From: Desulfomonilia bacterium
Lineage (GTDB): Bacteria > Desulfobacterota > Desulfomonilia > UBA1062
DNA: 64,000 nucleotides
NCBI GenBank assembly: GCA_050014195.1
Contig: JBEKDT010000008.1
Span: 1 to 64,000, forward strand
Direction of reading: 5' to 3'
Part shown: piece after piece, positions 42,559 to 52,723 of the stretch
Numbering within the stretch: the stretch's first letter is position 1
How the letters are laid out: every line of letters starts with the position of its first letter
Program-made: the position numbers and the translations under genes
The notes under the pieces: generated by a model
Told to the model about the DNA's origin: nothing
Database searches by the model: none
What the model saw: the letters and a program-made list of their open reading frames with translations, nothing else

Positions 42559-42877
42559 CGGGCGGGTGGCAGGGATAGAACGTAGACCTACTCGGGTGGC
42601 ACGGGCAAAGCCTGAAAGGCTTGCCCGTGGGACAGGAGAAATCATTACCAGCACACAATCTTCACTCATATTGTATGTTTTATCGATTATCTCATTCAGA
42701 ATCCTGTGAGAAAAGTACTATCAGGTCATTGGCTGGAAGTAGTCAAGTACATTATGATATGAGAAATGTGAGTGTTAAATCAGGATGGATCTTGCCTTGG
42801 TAATCACATCACACGGGCAAGGCCTTCGGCCTTGGCCCATGCCACCCGGTGATTTCTTTTATCTTGGCCACCCGTCC
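42559..42877. repeat. Inverted pair of REP-like units (42559-42629 and 42812-42877) around an AT-rich spacer
   Basis: CGGGTGGCACGGGCAAAGCC-TGAAA-GGCTTGCCCGTG and its near reverse complement. Confidence 0.7.
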
Positions 42878-43065
42878 ACCATCAAATACTTCACACCACA
42901 TTCAGTGATGAGCCTCTTCACCAGGAATTCTCCACCAACCACGGCGATCACGATGTTGTTGGGTAACGGGTCAATGGATTTGTCCACGATCAACATATCT
43001 CCAGGATAAATCCGGGCATCGATCATGGATGTTCCCTGACCCTGAAGAAGAAGGCCTCAGTTGGA
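42873..43065 (-). pseudogene. UmuD/LexA S24 peptidase fragment
   Basis: AFFFRV / frameshift / GTSMIDARIYPGDMLIVDKS..NIVIAVVGGEFLVKRL; both ends truncated. Confidence 0.75.
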
Positions 43066-43350
43066 CTCTTCTAGCACCTGTGGGTAATGGATTTGATTAG
43101 TTCCATATGGTTTCATCCCTTGATCAGTTGGGAAGTTCAAAGACAAATATCGTGGATAACGCCAATGTCCTCCGTGCCCGTCAAGGGCAACAATCAGCCA
43201 GACAACTGTAACAACTGTAAGGGCTACGATGAGTGCAATAGCTACTCCTTGATCATTCCCATGATGATCATCTCCTTGATCGTAGGCATACACTGTTGAA
43301 AAACCGAGAAAAGACAATATCACCAGTAAGCATAGCATTTTCTTGATCAT
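43057..43350 (-). CDS. Small exported/membrane protein
   Basis: Signal peptide plus second TM helix; AAGGAGG RBS; sigma-54-like promoter upstream. Confidence 0.6.
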   Translation of the reverse strand: MIKKMLCLLVILSFLGFSTVYAYDQGDDHHGNDQGVAIALIVALTVVTVVWLIVALDGHGGHWRYPRYLSLNFPTDQGMKPYGTNQIHYPQVLEESN

Positions 43351-43404
43351 GATATCCTCCTTCTCTCTTTTGCTGAGCTTCAGACTGTCCTATTTCTCAA
43401 ATTT

Positions 43405-43420
43405 TGCATAACATATGCCA
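43405..43420 (-). promoter_or_regulatory. Sigma-54-like promoter
   Basis: TGGCATA-TGTT-ATGCA. Confidence 0.55.
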
Positions 43421-43608
43421 GATATATAGCTTGTAATATCAGATAGATGATAGATGTAGTTGTTGTATTTCAGCCACAGATGATCATGGACATGGAGCTG
43501 TCTGCAGGAGATGGATGTCCTGTGCTGATGTTAGAGGAGAAGAGTGGGTTATATTTAGCTGGCCCAAGTATGGAGATGAGATAGTAGTTACACCGATTTG
43601 ATATTTAT

Positions 43609-43809
43609 CTATTCCTCATTACCCCGGAAGTAAAATGTTGCCGGTTTTATTGCCAACAAGATGGCCGCGATAAAGAAGATCCATACATGCCGTTTCGTGA
43701 AGGCTGCCAGATAGGACCCGACAATCATACCGATCAGGATGCAACTCCATTTCAACAAACCGATATCAAGCACAGACCAAACCTTTGTCCTGAATAGTCT
43801 CATCTCCAT
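43609..43809 (-). CDS. Small two-TM membrane protein
   Basis: WSVLDIGLLKWSCILIGMIVGSY..IFFIAAILLAIKP. Confidence 0.6.
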   Translation of the reverse strand: MEMRLFRTKVWSVLDIGLLKWSCILIGMIVGSYLAAFTKRHVWIFFIAAILLAIKPATFYFRGNEE

Positions 43810-43896
43810 ATTCTCATAATAGGTGCTAGTAACTCCTTAATGCAACCCCCATTATAAAACCCTTTCGTGTATGGAGCATGAGTGTAACCCCCGTCT

Positions 43897-44069
43897 TTGC
43901 CATTCTGACAATTTTAATGGTGCCCTTTAGGCATTTTGTCATATTTTGTACCTGTTCTTGCCCTGGCAAGAGGCTTTTTGCCAAAATGGCAATATCAGGA
44001 AAAGCAGGTTGGTTATTGTTGCCTGTTATCAATGAGTTATAAATTGTCAAAACCTGGCACGCCGCTTGC
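43897..44069 (+). promoter_or_regulatory. Complete sigma-54 promoter: two enhancer palindromes, IHF site, -24/-12 box
   Basis: TTGCCA-N3-TGACAA (43897), TTGCCA-N3-TGGCAA (43978), TATCAATGAGTTA (44027), TGGCACG-CCGC-TTGC (44055). Confidence 0.8.
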
Positions 44070-44117
44070 CTTATGTAAGATAGAAAGAAAAAAACAAACC
44101 CCAGGGAGGGAAAGACA

Positions 44118-44294
44118 ATGATGACATTATGGTTCGTACTCGGCGCACTGTTCACAACCGGAATAGGCATCAGGTTCACCTACAAGGTATTGGGACTCAC
44201 CCCGGCAGAAGCAACTGCAGTATTCGTCCTGGTCGTGACCCTGGTGGGCATCAACACCGGCCCGGCACGCGACATACTCATGAATCTGTTCTAG
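44118..44294 (+). CDS. 58-aa membrane protein (not in ORF track)
   Basis: GGAGG RBS; MMTLWFVLGALFTTGIGIRFTYKVLGLTPAEATAVFVLVVTLVGINTGPARDILMNLF. Confidence 0.7.
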   Translation: MMTLWFVLGALFTTGIGIRFTYKVLGLTPAEATAVFVLVVTLVGINTGPARDILMNLF

Positions 44295-44326
44295 GAAGGA
44301 TAGGGACTCCTGAAAGGAGAAAGGTC

Positions 44327-44569
44327 ATGAAACGCACGAAGAAAGACAAACTACCCCGCGAAGTTACCAACAGGCTGGCTCGGATCAGCGGCTACAGCCT
44401 GGTGCTCGTGACCATGACCTTCCTCGGGCTCTACGGCGGCATGGAACTCGACAAGGCTCTCGGCATGGCACCCAACTTCACGATGTTGGGCCTGGTGGTC
44501 GGCATCGCGCTGGGCTTCAAGGGGTTCATCCATGAAGTCGTGATCGAGAGAAAGGTAAAGAGGGCTTAG
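44327..44569 (+). CDS. AtpZ/AtpI-family small membrane protein
   Basis: LGLYGGMELDKALGMAPNFTMLGLVVG (GxxLD..P.F...G pattern); AAGGAG RBS. Confidence 0.78.
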   Translation: MKRTKKDKLPREVTNRLARISGYSLVLVTMTFLGLYGGMELDKALGMAPNFTMLGLVVGIALGFKGFIHEVVIERKVKRA

Positions 44570-44571
44570 TC

Positions 44572-44676
44572 ATGACAATCATCTTTGTCGCTATAGGCTT
44601 CACAGCATTCCTGGTCCTGACTGCAAGGTTCTTGAAACGCGCAGAGCACGCTCCCAGGATAGTGCATAACCGGTAA
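44572..44676 (+). CDS. 34-aa single-TM peptide (not in ORF track)
   Basis: MTIIFVAIGFTAFLVLTARFLKRAEHAPRIVHNR, 2 nt after the previous stop. Confidence 0.45.
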   Translation: MTIIFVAIGFTAFLVLTARFLKRAEHAPRIVHNR

Positions 44677-44866
44677 TCAACCAGGATACGCCTCCTCTAT
44701 GGCGTACTTCCTCCCCAGGGACGATCCATATCACACACTACGATCTCAAAAGGATCGTGGTTTTTTATTCAACTGATTCTCCCGCTAAAAGCAACGAGCC
44801 GCCTTGAAGGCGGCCCGCTTTCGTGATGTAGGTGCCGGATGGTTTCCCGGCTCTCTTGACTATCGA

Positions 44867-45130
44867 CTAGGACTGATACCTGACCCTTTGGTTGTTCAAC
44901 CCATCCCTTGCCTTTATGTAGTCCCTGTACATCCGGGCTATGCACAGAGCGATGCCCAGCACGAACAGTCCCAGCATGAAGGTTGGTTCTGTATTGAAGT
45001 TTACATCGATCCACCTGCCCGCGAACAGGAACAGGAACGAGGAGATGACCAGGGTGAAGCTCCATGCACTCAGCAGGATGATCTGATTCAGCGTCTTGGT
45101 CTGTAGCCTGTTCCTTCTTGTCTTTTTCAT
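44867..45130 (-). CDS. Second AtpZ/AtpI-family small membrane protein
   Basis: FLFAGRWIDVNFNTEPTFMLGLFVLG; AGGAGG RBS. Confidence 0.78.
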   Translation of the reverse strand: MKKTRRNRLQTKTLNQIILLSAWSFTLVISSFLFLFAGRWIDVNFNTEPTFMLGLFVLGIALCIARMYRDYIKARDGLNNQRVRYQS

Positions 45131-45882
45131 GGCCTCTCCTCCTTTCCGGCTATTCCCACCCCCGATCTCGATGGTGGGTCAGCAGGTCTTTATATAATCT
45201 CCTTCTCCTTAGCTCACCAAACCCTTCACTGCCTCGATGGCCGGTGCAGTGAACAAAGCAACAAGGACTGCATACAGGGCAAAAGAACCGAATTAAGCAG
45301 TATGTATGGATAAGGTGTACTGTTCATAAATTTCTCGGATAACTCATGGATGTTTCTTTCATGCATACTCTCCAACACTGCAAGCTGTTCGGGATCTGCT
45401 CCTCATCCCTCTGCAATATGAAGGATTCTTTTAGAAAATAAACAAGTAATGATAATAAATATACTATTATTAATACATTACACTATTATTAATTATTATC
45501 TTTCGATATTCCGAAAACGATTGTGGAAGTAATGGGGACAATTTCAGACACAAGGTTTTGAGCTTGTTACCATTACTGAGTGTTGGATTCGGAATTTTAG
45601 ATTTAATTGAAACCGTGAGCAGGAGAAGAGAAATGATGCCACGTGTAACGATAAGAGTCCACAATGAAAGATTAGGCCACAGATGTAAAAACTTCAGTAC
45701 GGCTCCATGCATTTTTGTTGAAGTCGAGTGCCGGAGAACCTTTGTCCCAGGACAAGCCGAAATAATCTCAAAACCAAAAACCAATAAGAACTTAAGAGAA
45801 AGGATGATGATGTGTCCAGATCCTATAGGTGAACGAGACCACCATCATTCATATCATAACAACATTTATCAAGGGGGGTAAG

Positions 45883-47916
45883 ATGTTTAAGAATCTGAAA
45901 CTTGGTACAAAGCTCATTTTGGTGGGATCGATCCTGCTATTGGTCCCGATATCAGTCGTGGGTTATCTCGCGGTGAAGCAGGCGAGCAAAGGTCTCTCCG
46001 AGATCGAGGACGAGCAGCTCACAGGTGTCACAAAATCCCTTGCACAGGCAGTCAACAATGCCCTGGAAGGTGAGATGATGGTCGTGAAGGATCTCTCGAT
46101 AAGCCCCGAGACAATACGTGCCGCCATCTCAACCAATGCAGGATCTCAGGGGGCACAGGGTGACATTGCTGCACTCAACCAGAGGCTTGGCCATTTCGCC
46201 CAGACCGACGGGCTGAAGGACAACTCTCAAGTCGTTTATGTTACAGGCCTCGAGGGTAAGGCAATTGCAGCTTCGGTTGAAAAGTACATCGGCGTCTCCT
46301 TTTCAGAAAGACAGTATATCAGGGATGCGCTTGCCGGTAATGTGAATGTCGGCAAAGCCGACGTCAACAAGGTTACCGGAGAGTTGTTTGTCCCCATTGC
46401 CACCCCTATCCATTCTCCGGATGGGAAGATTGTAGGAGCAATTGCAAATATCCTCTCCATCGGTGTGCTTGGTGATCTGATCTCCAACACAAAGGTCGGC
46501 AAGACAGGGTATGCCTGGATGATAGACAAGGAGGGCCGTTTCATCGCCCATCCTGATAAGGCGAACGTGTTGAAGCTTAATGTCTCAAGCCTGGATGGTA
46601 TGGAAGCAATTGCAAAAAAGATGTTATCAGGCCAGTCAGGTGTGGAACGCTATGTCTTCAAGGGGGTTGCGAAGACAGGAGGTTTTGCGCCGGTGGCTCT
46701 GACAGGGTGGAGTATCGGTCTCTCACTGCCTAATGGAGAGTTCCTTGCCCAGGCAAATCAGGTCCGCAACACAGTTCTTATGGTGGGTGTGATATTCTTT
46801 ATAACAGCGCTCGTGGTGTTTTACTTTTTTTCCCGGATCATCACCAATGGTATCCGTAAGGGCGTCGACCTGGCGGTCCATGTGGCGGAGGGGGATCTCA
46901 CCGCAAACATCGACATCCAGCAGAAGGACGAGATCGGCCAGCTGGCGGATGCCTTACGAAACATGATGACCAAGCTCAGGACTATCGTGGCGGATGTCCA
47001 CAGCGCAGCGGACAATGTGGCTGCGGGCAGCGAGCAGATGAGCTCCACGTCGGAGGAGATGTCCCAGGGCGCAAGTGAACAGGCTGCTGCTGCGGAAGAG
47101 GCATCCTCATCCATGGAGCAGATGGCATCCAACATACGCCAGAACGCGGACAATGCCCAGCAGACCGAGAAAATCGCTATTAAATCAGCTGAAGATGCCC
47201 GAGAAGGCGGTAAGGCTGTGGTGGAAACAGTAGCTGCAATGAAGACCATTGCAGAAAAGATAGCCATCATAGAGGAGATCGCCCGACAGACAGACCTTCT
47301 TGCCCTGAATGCCGCCATTGAAGCGGCCCGGGCCGGAGAACACGGCAAGGGCTTTGCCGTGGTTGCTGCTGCGGTGAGGAGGCTTGCAGAAAGATCGGCA
47401 GATGCAGCTGGTGAGATCAGCAAGCTCTCGGTGAGCAGTGTTGCGGTTGCCGAAAAAGCAGGGATGCTCCTTAACCAGATTGTGCCCGATATCCAGAAGA
47501 CCGCCCAACTCGTGCAGGAGATCACCGCAGCGAGTAACGAGCAGAATACCGGAGCGGAGCAGATCAACTCCGCCATCCAGCAGCTCAACCAGGTGGTCCA
47601 GCAGAACGCATCCGCAGCAGAGGAGATGTCTTCCACATCCGAGGAGCTCTCGAGTCAGGCCATGCAGCTCCAGGAGGCGATCTCCTTCTTCAAGATAAAT
47701 AAGGATGCCACGACCACAAAGAAGTCTCTATCCCTCAAAACAGCCAAGGTTGCTCATGTAATCTCGAAACCCCACGTTGTCAATATGCACCATGATGCAC
47801 CCAGGGTACTCAAAGGCAGAGACGAGAGTGCTTCCCGACATGCCGGCGTTCTCATCGACATGAGCGATCAGGAGACCAAGGAAGACGTCAAAGATGGGGA
47901 ATTCGAGCAATACTAA
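45883..47916 (+). CDS. Methyl-accepting chemotaxis protein (dCache, HAMP, MA domains)
   Basis: Two TM helices, KVGKTGYAW Cache, [42 protein letters not shown]. Confidence 0.96.
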   Translation: MFKNLKLGTKLILVGSILLLVPISVVGYLAVKQASKGLSEIEDEQLTGVTKSLAQAVNNALEGEMMVVKDLSISPETIRAAISTNAGSQGAQGDIAALNQRLGHFAQTDGLKDNSQVVYVTGLEGKAIAASVEKYIGVSFSERQYIRDALAGNVNVGKADVNKVTGELFVPIATPIHSPDGKIVGAIANILSIGVLGDLISNTKVGKTGYAWMIDKEGRFIAHPDKANVLKLNVSSLDGMEAIAKKMLSGQSGVERYVFKGVAKTGGFAPVALTGWSIGLSLPNGEFLAQANQVRNTVLMVGVIFFITALVVFYFFSRIITNGIRKGVDLAVHVAEGDLTANIDIQQKDEIGQLADALRNMMTKLRTIVADVHSAADNVAAGSEQMSSTSEEMSQGASEQAAAAEEASSSMEQMASNIRQNADNAQQTEKIAIKSAEDAREGGKAVVETVAAMKTIAEKIAIIEEIARQTDLLALNAAIEAARAGEHGKGFAVVAAAVRRLAERSADAAGEISKLSVSSVAVAEKAGMLLNQIVPDIQKTAQLVQEITAASNEQNTGAEQINSAIQQLNQVVQQNASAAEEMSSTSEELSSQAMQLQEAISFFKINKDATTTKKSLSLKTAKVAHVISKPHVVNMHHDAPRVLKGRDESASRHAGVLIDMSDQETKEDVKDGEFEQY

Positions 47917-48066
47917 ATTCGGATCACGGCGTGATGCATGAAGGGAGGTCCGTAAGTAACATGTTGTACAAAGGCATGATCCAGTGCCTCACGTAGGAAT
48001 GAACAGGACCATGGATGAACGACACAATAATGGAGATGGACATATTAACGGAACAAGGAGAAGGCC

Positions 48067-48588
48067 ATGAGTGTGGAAGGAATAATGGATACCAGGCAGT
48101 ACCTTTCGTTCAAACTCGATGAAGAGGAGTTTGCGCTGGATATTTCCAAGGTAAGAGAGGTCCTTGATTTCACGAAGATCACCAAGGTGCCCCAGACCCC
48201 TGCTTTCATGAGGGGAGTGATCAACCTCAGAGGGGCAGTTGTCCCTGTAGTGGATCTCAATAAAAAGTTCGGAATAAAGGATACGGAAAAGACGGTAAAC
48301 ACCAGGATCATAATCGGAGAAGTGGATATTGAAGGAGAGAACATAGTACTCGGAGTGCTTGCGGACTCGGTGCATGAGGTCATGGAACTCGAGCCTGATC
48401 ACATCGAACCAGCGCCGAAGATCGGAACCCGCCTGAACACGGACTTTCTCAAGGGCATGGGGAAGCGGGACGAGGAATTTGTCATGATCCTGGACATCGA
48501 CAAAGTCTTTTCTGCAGACGATCTGGCGATTGTCAACCAAACAAGCCAGGCCTCTGTGAATGCAGGCGAGCTTGACTCCGTTTTGTAA
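48067..48588 (+). CDS. cheW: Chemotaxis coupling protein CheW
   Basis: QYLSFKL..VREV..ITKVP..GVINLRG.VVPVVDL. Confidence 0.96.
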   Translation: MSVEGIMDTRQYLSFKLDEEEFALDISKVREVLDFTKITKVPQTPAFMRGVINLRGAVVPVVDLNKKFGIKDTEKTVNTRIIIGEVDIEGENIVLGVLADSVHEVMELEPDHIEPAPKIGTRLNTDFLKGMGKRDEEFVMILDIDKVFSADDLAIVNQTSQASVNAGELDSVL

Positions 48589-48741
48589 AAAGATCGCTTG
48601 AAATTCATTGGCGAGGTGGCGGTTGATATGGGATCACTGTTCCGGTCCGGTCTGTGAGGGGAGAAGCCCTATGAATTCGGGAAGTGAATGTCCGGCATCA
48701 AGGGACAGTAAAGGCTTTCCAATCATTGAGGAGATGAGCTG

Positions 48742-49605
48742 ATGGAGGACTCTCAGCAATACATCCCTATGAGGGCTGTGATGTCCAATGAGCTTTTCGC
48801 ACACCTTAGCGAGGTTATCTATAACGAGAGCGGCATCAAGATGCCGCTCTCGAAGAAGACCATGCTGGAAGCAAGGCTCATGAAAAGACTCAGATACATC
48901 GGACTTTCGACCCTCGGCGAATACTGCAATTATCTCTTCAGCCCCGAGGGAATGGCCAACGAGCTTGTGCACATGATCGATGTGGTCACCACCAATAAGA
49001 CCGAATTCTTCCGGGAACCCCAGCACTTCGAATACGTCGTGGAGCATGCCATCCCGAATCTCATCAAAGAGACGGGGGCAGGCATCAGAAGAGCCCTCAT
49101 GGTGTGGTCGGCGGCATGCTCTTCCGGTGAGGAGGCCTATACCCTCGCCATGGTCCTGGATGAGTTCTCGAAAAAGGCCCATGGGTTTCACTATATGGTC
49201 CTCGGAACTGATATCTCTACCAGGATGGTAGAGGCCGCGCGTCTCGGGATATACCAAGAAGAACTTGTCGTGCCGGTCCCCATCGACCTTCGCAGGAAGT
49301 ACCTCATGCGGAGCAAGGACCCGCACAGGAAAGAAGTGAGGATTGTTCCTGAACTGAGGGCAAAGGTGAGGTTCCGGCAGCTTAATTTCATGCATGAGGA
49401 CTTCGGCATGCGGGAGAAGATGGATATCATCTTCTGCAGGAACGTACTCATATACTTCGACAGGGCAACCCAGGAAAAGGTTGTGGGCCACCTCTGCAAG
49501 CATCTCGCGGACGGGGGTTACCTTTTCACCGGACACTCCGAGACATTGAGCGGCATGGTTCTCCCCTTGAAGACTGTTGCCAGCACCGTTTCGAGGAGGA
49601 TCTAG
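48742..49605 (+). CDS. cheR: Chemotaxis methyltransferase CheR
   Basis: TTNKTEFFRE, WSAACSSGEEAY, GTDIS, IFCRNVLIYF, GHSE. Confidence 0.96.
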   Translation: MEDSQQYIPMRAVMSNELFAHLSEVIYNESGIKMPLSKKTMLEARLMKRLRYIGLSTLGEYCNYLFSPEGMANELVHMIDVVTTNKTEFFREPQHFEYVVEHAIPNLIKETGAGIRRALMVWSAACSSGEEAYTLAMVLDEFSKKAHGFHYMVLGTDISTRMVEAARLGIYQEELVVPVPIDLRRKYLMRSKDPHRKEVRIVPELRAKVRFRQLNFMHEDFGMREKMDIIFCRNVLIYFDRATQEKVVGHLCKHLADGGYLFTGHSETLSGMVLPLKTVASTVSRRI

Positions 49606-49815
49606 ATGAACAGGAAGATCATAGCGGTGAACAGCCTTTCAGAGATAACTCATGGCGCAGGTTCCTTCTCTCTGGCCCATAAAGGCATCCGCATGGCAGG
49701 CGAACTGCCGGGAGGTGTTGTGAGATCACTTTTTGCAATTGCCCTCACGGCGGAAGCATGCGGCAGAGTATCCCATGGCCCGTGTTTGTGGGCCACAGGA
49801 GGGAAAGATGGGTAA
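49606..49815 (+). pseudogene. Probable deletion remnant (cheB-like start joined to STAS-protein-like C-terminus)
   Basis: Starts right after cheR with MNRKI, ends C..x7..CLW and overlaps the cheY start; cheB is absent from the cluster. Confidence 0.45.
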
Positions 49816-50173
49816 GAAGATCTTGAGCGTAGACGACTCGGCGAGCATCCGGCAGCTGGTCACCTTCACGCTCCAGAATGAGGGTTACGATGTGGTGGAG
49901 GCCGTCGACGGCCAGGACGCGCTCGTCAAGGCAAAGTCCACGACGGTGGACATGGTGATCACGGACCTGAACATGCCCAATGTGGATGGGATACAGTTAA
50001 TCCAGGCCTTAAGATCGGACCCTGCCTTCAAGTTCACGCCCATCGTGATGCTCACCACCGAATCGGCCATGAACAAGAAGGACGCGGGCAAGCAGGCAGG
50101 GGCCACTGGCTGGATCGTGAAACCGTTCAAGCCGGAGCAGCTCATTGCCGTGGTGAAACGGCTGCTCGGGTGA
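49808..50173 (+). CDS. cheY: Chemotaxis response regulator CheY
   Basis: ILSVDDS, ITDLNMP, MLTTES, GWIVKPF. Confidence 0.95.
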   Translation: MGKKILSVDDSASIRQLVTFTLQNEGYDVVEAVDGQDALVKAKSTTVDMVITDLNMPNVDGIQLIQALRSDPAFKFTPIVMLTTESAMNKKDAGKQAGATGWIVKPFKPEQLIAVVKRLLG

Positions 50174-50236
50174 AGGTTCGGAAGGAAAATCCGGTCTCAT
50201 GAAAAGATACATTCATTTTCATTAAGGAAGGCAGAT

Positions 50237-52393
50237 ATGGACGCGCAGAAGAATGTGTACCGGGAAGAGGCATACGAGCTCCTTGCAACCCTTGAAGACG
50301 CCCTCATCGAGCTGGAGCAGCATCCGGAAGACTTAGGTATAGTAGGGAGGGTCTTCCGGGCCATGCATACCATCAAGGGGTCAGGGGCCATGTTCGGCTT
50401 CGATGATATCGCTGCATTCACGCACACCATCGAGACGGTCTATGACCTCATCCGGGACGGGAACCTCAAGGTCAGCCAGGACCTCATCAGTCTGACGCTG
50501 TCTTCCTGCGACCAGATCAAGGCCATGCTGGATGCATCCCAGGGTCTGGTAGCGGCATCCGAGGAGAGGACCCGGGAGCTCGCTCAAGCATTCGTGGGCT
50601 ACCTCCCCCGGGAAGAGGAGCCATTGGATGAAGGCGCTGCGGGGCCTTGCCGCCCTGAACCCCAAGAGGAGGCACCCCGTCCGTTGACCACCTTCCGCAT
50701 CCGCTTCCGGCCGCATAGGGACCTCTTTGCCAACGGAACAAACCCCATCCCGCTCCTGAACGAGCTCAAGGCCCTCGGCGAGAGCGCGATCGTCTGTCAC
50801 ATGGACGACCTACCGGACCTTAAGGCAATCGACCCGGAGGCCTGTTACACGAGCTGGGACATCATCCTGACGACCTTGAGCGACATAAACACTATCAGGG
50901 ACGTGTTCATCTTTGTGGAGGACTCGAGTGAGATCTCGATAGAGCCCGTGGATACGCTCACGCCGAAAGACAATGATGCGGAGTATAAGAAGATGGGAGA
51001 GATCCTGCTGGAGCGGGGGTCCGTTCAGAAGGACGACCTGGACAAGGCGCTGAAAACTCAGAAGCGTCTTGGAGAGGTGCTGGTAGAAGCGGGGACGTTG
51101 GACAAGTCAGAGATCCGCTCCGCCCTTGCCGAGCAGGAACAGGTCAGGTCCGTGAGAAAGAAGCGCGCGGCGGCCGAGGAGACATCGAGCATCCGGGTGC
51201 CGGCAGCTAGGCTCGATGCCCTGGTGAACCTGGTGGGGGAGCTGGTCACGGTCCAGGCGCGACTGACCCAGTTCTCGGCCAGGAAGAGCGACCCGGACCT
51301 CCTGGGCATAGCCGAAGAGGTGGAGAGGCTCAGCGCAGAGCTTCGGGACATCTCCATGGGGATCAGGATGCTGCCCATCGGCACGACCTTCGCAAAGTTC
51401 AAGCGCCTGGTACGCGATCTGACAACGTCGCTGGGCAAGGACATCGACTTCGAGATGGAAGGAGAGGAGACCGAGCTCGACAAGACGGTCATCGACAAGC
51501 TCTCGGATCCGCTGGTCCACCTCATACGCAACAGCATCGATCACGGCATCGAGTCTCCGGATGCCAGGGTTGCCGCCGGAAAACTCAGCCAAGGCACGAT
51601 CAAGCTCTCGGCTCGGCACTCGGGGGCCCATGTGCTCATCTCGATCGCTGATGACGGAAACGGCCTCGATGTTGATGCCATCCGCGCCAAGGCCGTCGAG
51701 AAGGGAATCATCCCCCATGAGGCGGCATTAAGTGAGCATGAAATCAACGAGCTCATCTTCGCACCGGGATTCTCCACTGCCTCGACCGTCACAAGCGTCT
51801 CCGGCAGGGGGGTGGGCATGGATGTCGTGAGGAGCAGCATCGAAGGCCTGAACGGGACCGTTGAGGTCCGCAGCGCCAGGGGCAAGGGCACCACCATCAC
51901 CCTGAAGCTGCCGCTAACCCTAGCCATCATCGACGGGCTCCTGGTGAATATCGCAAACGAGGCCTTCGTCATCCCTTTAGGTGCGGTGGTGGAGTGCGTG
52001 GAGCTGACCGACGCAGAGAGAAACCATGCCCATGGCCGCCACCTCATCAAGGTCCGAGAGGAGATCATCCCCTACATCCCCTTGCGGGAGGTCTTCGGTA
52101 TCAACGGCGGCACCCCCTCCGTTGATCAGGTGGTGATCACCGAGCTCGGGGACAAAAGGGTGGGTTTCGTGGTTGACAAGGTCATCGGCCAGCACCAGAC
52201 CGTGATTAAGACCATGGGCGGCCTCCTCAGGGACATCGAGGGCGTCTCCGGCGCCACCATCCTGGGAGACGGCGCCGTGGCACTCATTTTGGATGTGTAT
52301 AAACTCATGCAACATGTTGAATTAATGGAACTGAATAAATATTGTGGGAATAAGCAGGTTGTTTTAATGGATGATTTGTCCGGATCGTCCTAA
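50237..52393 (+). CDS. cheA: Chemotaxis histidine kinase CheA
   Basis: FRAMHTIKGSG HPt, HLIRNSIDHG, DDGNG, SGRGVGMDVV, LPLTLAII, GATILGDG. Confidence 0.97.
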   Translation: MDAQKNVYREEAYELLATLEDALIELEQHPEDLGIVGRVFRAMHTIKGSGAMFGFDDIAAFTHTIETVYDLIRDGNLKVSQDLISLTLSSCDQIKAMLDASQGLVAASEERTRELAQAFVGYLPREEEPLDEGAAGPCRPEPQEEAPRPLTTFRIRFRPHRDLFANGTNPIPLLNELKALGESAIVCHMDDLPDLKAIDPEACYTSWDIILTTLSDINTIRDVFIFVEDSSEISIEPVDTLTPKDNDAEYKKMGEILLERGSVQKDDLDKALKTQKRLGEVLVEAGTLDKSEIRSALAEQEQVRSVRKKRAAAEETSSIRVPAARLDALVNLVGELVTVQARLTQFSARKSDPDLLGIAEEVERLSAELRDISMGIRMLPIGTTFAKFKRLVRDLTTSLGKDIDFEMEGEETELDKTVIDKLSDPLVHLIRNSIDHGIESPDARVAAGKLSQGTIKLSARHSGAHVLISIADDGNGLDVDAIRAKAVEKGIIPHEAALSEHEINELIFAPGFSTASTVTSVSGRGVGMDVVRSSIEGLNGTVEVRSARGKGTTITLKLPLTLAIIDGLLVNIANEAFVIPLGAVVECVELTDAERNHAHGRHLIKVREEIIPYIPLREVFGINGGTPSVDQVVITELGDKRVGFVVDKVIGQHQTVIKTMGGLLRDIEGVSGATILGDGAVALILDVYKLMQHVELMELNKYCGNKQVVLMDDLSGSS

Positions 52394-52723
52394 AATTAGG
52401 CTAGCACGTCCTCTTACCCTGCCATTTCACCTTAGATGGGTGCCAGGTGTCACGCTCCGGTATGAAGTGAGAGGCTTCGTATGTTTCACCCTAAGATCAT
52501 CAGCTTTAAGGCATCTAGAAACCGAGATGAATCGCAGGAATCTCTCTTATGAGACAACAAGAGAAGATGTGTTCTTTTTATGACACCAGATTAATGGCTA
52601 GTCCTTTTCCTGTAGGTTTTTCTGCTGGGGGTTTAGCTCTGCCTAATTACCCCTAAAATAGCGGAAAATCATTGAATATGTAGCATGCTGTTTGGTCGCC
52701 AATGATACCGCGAAACAGTACGG

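Noticed and set aside
42603-42635. GGCAAA..GAAA suggestive of a c-di-GMP-I riboswitch
   Set aside because: It closes as a simple hairpin, lacks the GACGCAAAGC second stem, and has an inverted partner at 42812, so it is a repeat.
44129-44326. N-terminal extension of the 146-aa ORF in the track
   Set aside because: It overlaps a better 58-aa membrane ORF with its own RBS; the AtpZ-like gene has an RBS before 44327.
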